The notes under the pieces are model-generated. The model was given only the letters and a program-made list of their open reading frames with translations. It made no database searches and was not told the DNA's origin. A DNA stretch of 64,000 nucleotides from Zygnema circumcarinatum SAG 698-1b. Lineage: Eukaryota; Plantae; Zygnematophyceae. The translations under genes and the position numbers were made by a program. Below, piece by piece: positions 61,428-64,000 of the stretch. The DNA lies in assembly GCA_037447605.1 (NCBI GenBank), contig CM074808.1, forward strand, positions 3,410,001 through 3,474,000, read 5' to 3'. Numbering within the stretch: the first letter of the stretch is position 1; each line of letters starts with the position of its first letter.

Positions 61428-61899
61428 GGCTGGCTGAGCTCTCGTCCGGACTCGTTCCGAGACGGCCGCTTCAGCTTGCTTGCAAAATGGTTGAACTGTT
61501 CAACTTTCTGCGCAATCTGCGGATAAGGTAAAGGTCAGCCTACAAAGTTGAACCGTTCGTTCTGTCAAAAGTTTCCTTCGGGCTATCGGTGCAATTGACC
61601 AAAAAGTGCGATCTCTCATGGCGATTGGCCGCTCAGTGGAATTTTTCTTTTCCGGGCAACAAATTACAATACTATAATAAAATTTGTTTTCAATTTTAGG
61701 TATATCATAGATCCACCTGAATTGATATGGATCTAAGTTGTAGAATCAGATTTGCTCTACGGGTTCATCGGAAGAATCGGCGGAGATGTTAGCACGTGTA
61801 CAAATTGACTTCGATTGGCCGAGGTTTGGGCTCGATCGACATGGATGGATGGATGGCCCAATTGCTTTTGGCGCTTCAAGGATGAAATACGATACGGGG

Positions 61900-62106
61900 A
61901 TATATCGCCTGTATTAGGCCAGTATTTCGAATATATCGTATATCGATCCAGTACTAAGTATATTGCGTGTGAGTCAGTACTGGGTGTATATCGCCTGTAT
62001 CGAGTCAGTACAAAGAACATATCGTATGTATCGATTTAGTACTGATAATACATCGCCTGTATCGAGTCAGTACTGAGTACATATCGCATATATCGAGTCA
62101 GTACGG
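61900..62106. repeat. About 7 copies of a 29-31-bp tandem unit (consensus ATATCGCCTGTATCGAGTCAGTACTG...)
   Basis: Units read directly in the divergent CPSFL1/dehydrogenase intergenic region. Confidence 0.85.
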
Positions 62107-62292
62107 AGGCCAACCGTACTTTCTGCATTCCACAACAAATCGCGCCATGCCGACTTGGTTTTTCCAATCAGTGATTGACACGTGTACCGACTAGTCCACC
62201 CTATGACTGCCACGTGTTTTCCGCTTGACATGAGCCAATCTCTGCCTGCCACGTGACTGCCCTTTTTTCCTGCTGGTGAGGTCGAGGCAGCC

Positions 62293-64000
62293 ATGGCGGC
62301 AGGGTTGCTCTTGCAAGAGCTCTTGCTGAAGGTTGAAGGAGGCGCGTCTGTTCCATGGAGGCCACTGCTGAAAAGTGAGTTGATCCCTTCTCGTCCGTCC
62401 ACTTCTCCTCCCGCAGATTCCTGGCAGCCATGGCATTCCGGGAGGTGCTGTTGTGTTCTTGCTTGACGGTAGCATGTGCATGCAGGAAGAGATACGTGCA
62501 GTGGCAATATAGGAAGTAAATCATATCGCGTTATTTTTATTCATTTTTCTGATTCGTATGCAAAGATTCGTGGACAGACCGAAGGTGGCAGTGCTTGGGC
62601 TTGGTATCCTCGGTTGCGCTATCGCCCTTCGCCTGCAAAGCCATGGCTTCTCCGTCTCTGGATGGACGCGCAGTTCCACACGACAGCATCATCTGAGCAC
62701 CCTCGGCCTTCAGGCACGTACGTCCGTCATCTGGAAATTGCAGGAGTTCCTGCAACTTATGATCACCGATAAAAAAAAAGTCAAAGTCAAGTCAAGCACT
62801 TTCCTTTCTTTCCCTTGTCTTGGCTTTTTTTTGCTTCAAAGTTGCTCTTTTTTTTTTTTGGATGGTTTTTTTGGCTTTCTTGCGGCAGATGAAGGGCAGT
62901 GTGGAGAAAGCTGTAGCTGCTGCCGACGTTGTGCTACTTCTGCTCCCTGACTACCAATCTATTCAAGATGCCCTTATCGGTTCTCCTGCTGCAGGATTCC
63001 TCAAAGGAAAATCGGTATGACATTCGTGAGGTTTATAGGAGATAGCATTTTCGCTATTAAGGCTTGTACATTTGGCGTGTTCGTTCATGTTTCAATTTTG
63101 GCTCATCTGGACAGGTTAGATTTACCAGCTAGGTTTTTTTCTTCAATGGGTTTTACCTGCATGTATAATGGGTCTTACTTGCACTCGTTTGCAAGCAGAG
63201 ATACCTTCCTGTCATCAGCCCTTCTTTTTTCTCTTTTTCAAAACATACCGTGTTTTTAAAAAAATATCTTCACCTCAAGCTTAATCACATTAGCACGAGA
63301 GAGTATTGAGTATGTGCAAGAGCGACGAAGTGAGATTGGAGTTCTTCTGCACTGTGCAGGTCCTGCAAATGGGAACCATCAGCTCTCATCAGAGCCGAAC
63401 ACTTGCCAGTGAGATTGAAAAACGGGGTGGGCTGTATGTCGAAGCTCCTGTAAGGACTATAAACTTGACTCATATTTTTTGGCAGGGTGAACAGTGGAGC
63501 ACTGGGTGGCCAAAAATGAGGAAATGCCTCCCGATGTTCTTATTGCATGATGTCCTATCATTCCTTAACAGGTACAAGGATCCCAAGGAGAGGCCAGCAA
63601 AGGTATTCTGCAGATTATGGTGGGGGCTCACCATATGCCCACTGAGAGCAGCAGCATAGGGCAGGTCCTGGCTACACTTGGGCAGCAGCGCATTCACGTC
63701 GGCCCTGTTGGGTCTGCAGCTGCTGTGAGCTTTCGTTGAAACCCTATATTTTGAAGGGAGATCCAGATGCAGGTGACTGATGTTGTGAATGAGCTTGAGT
63801 CACGAGGATTTATGCAATTATCGAGGGGGGGTCAGGGGTCTTAGAGAGCTTTAAATTTGCAGTCGCATTGCCATTGAAGAGTGGAGACGGCCAAGTGCTA
63901 GAGGGTTGATAAGGGATAGGGGAAGGCATGGAAGGGCAGCTCAAGCTGGCCATGAACCATATTCTGGCTGCGGAGACCATTGCGTTTTCAGGCTCTTTGG
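62293..64000 (+). CDS. NAD(P)-dependent beta-hydroxyacid dehydrogenase (3-hydroxyisobutyrate DH / glyoxylate reductase family), partial; exons 62293-62444, 62566-62713, 62889-63014, 63360-63449, 63572-63724, 63940 to window end
   Basis: KVAVLGLGILG Rossmann motif, ADVVLLLLPD, QMGTIS, YVEAPVQGS, GSAAALKLAMNH with the catalytic Lys; intron 2 has a GC donor. Confidence 0.88.

Noticed and set aside
61900-62106. CRISPR-like periodicity
   Set aside because: Units are contiguous degenerate repeats with no unique spacers, in eukaryotic DNA without cas genes.
62375-62416. Apparent 42-bp intron (GTGAGT...CAG) in the first dehydrogenase exon
   Set aside because: Very short and in frame without stops, so read-through as one exon is simpler; RNA-seq could decide.

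Overview
Intron-rich, GC-rich eukaryotic nuclear DNA from a green plant; the gene set and repeat style suggest a streptophyte alga (inference). Splicing by eye gives 14 protein genes: ENOD93, prefoldin 3, five major LHCII (LHCBM/Lhcb1-2-like) genes of two subtypes, a small secreted NHL-repeat protein, RPL27, a BCM1/2-like CPBP protein, TAF10, a synaptotagmin, CPSFL1 and a beta-hydroxyacid dehydrogenase that runs off the window end. Mobile DNA includes a young 9.7-kb three-LTR tandem Copia (half-tRNA primer site, TG..TA LTR ends, one 5-bp TSD), a 654-bp MITE and a local dispersed repeat family. The main feature missed by the ORF track is a minus-strand snoRNA cluster at about 46.9-49.7 kb. It holds four box C/D and two H/ACA candidates with recognisable rRNA guides (U38-like, U70-like, snR53-like) in an apparently non-coding spliced host. 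Most long ORFs in the track are artefacts of microsatellites or antisense frames. All homology calls are from remembered family motifs; no database search was run.
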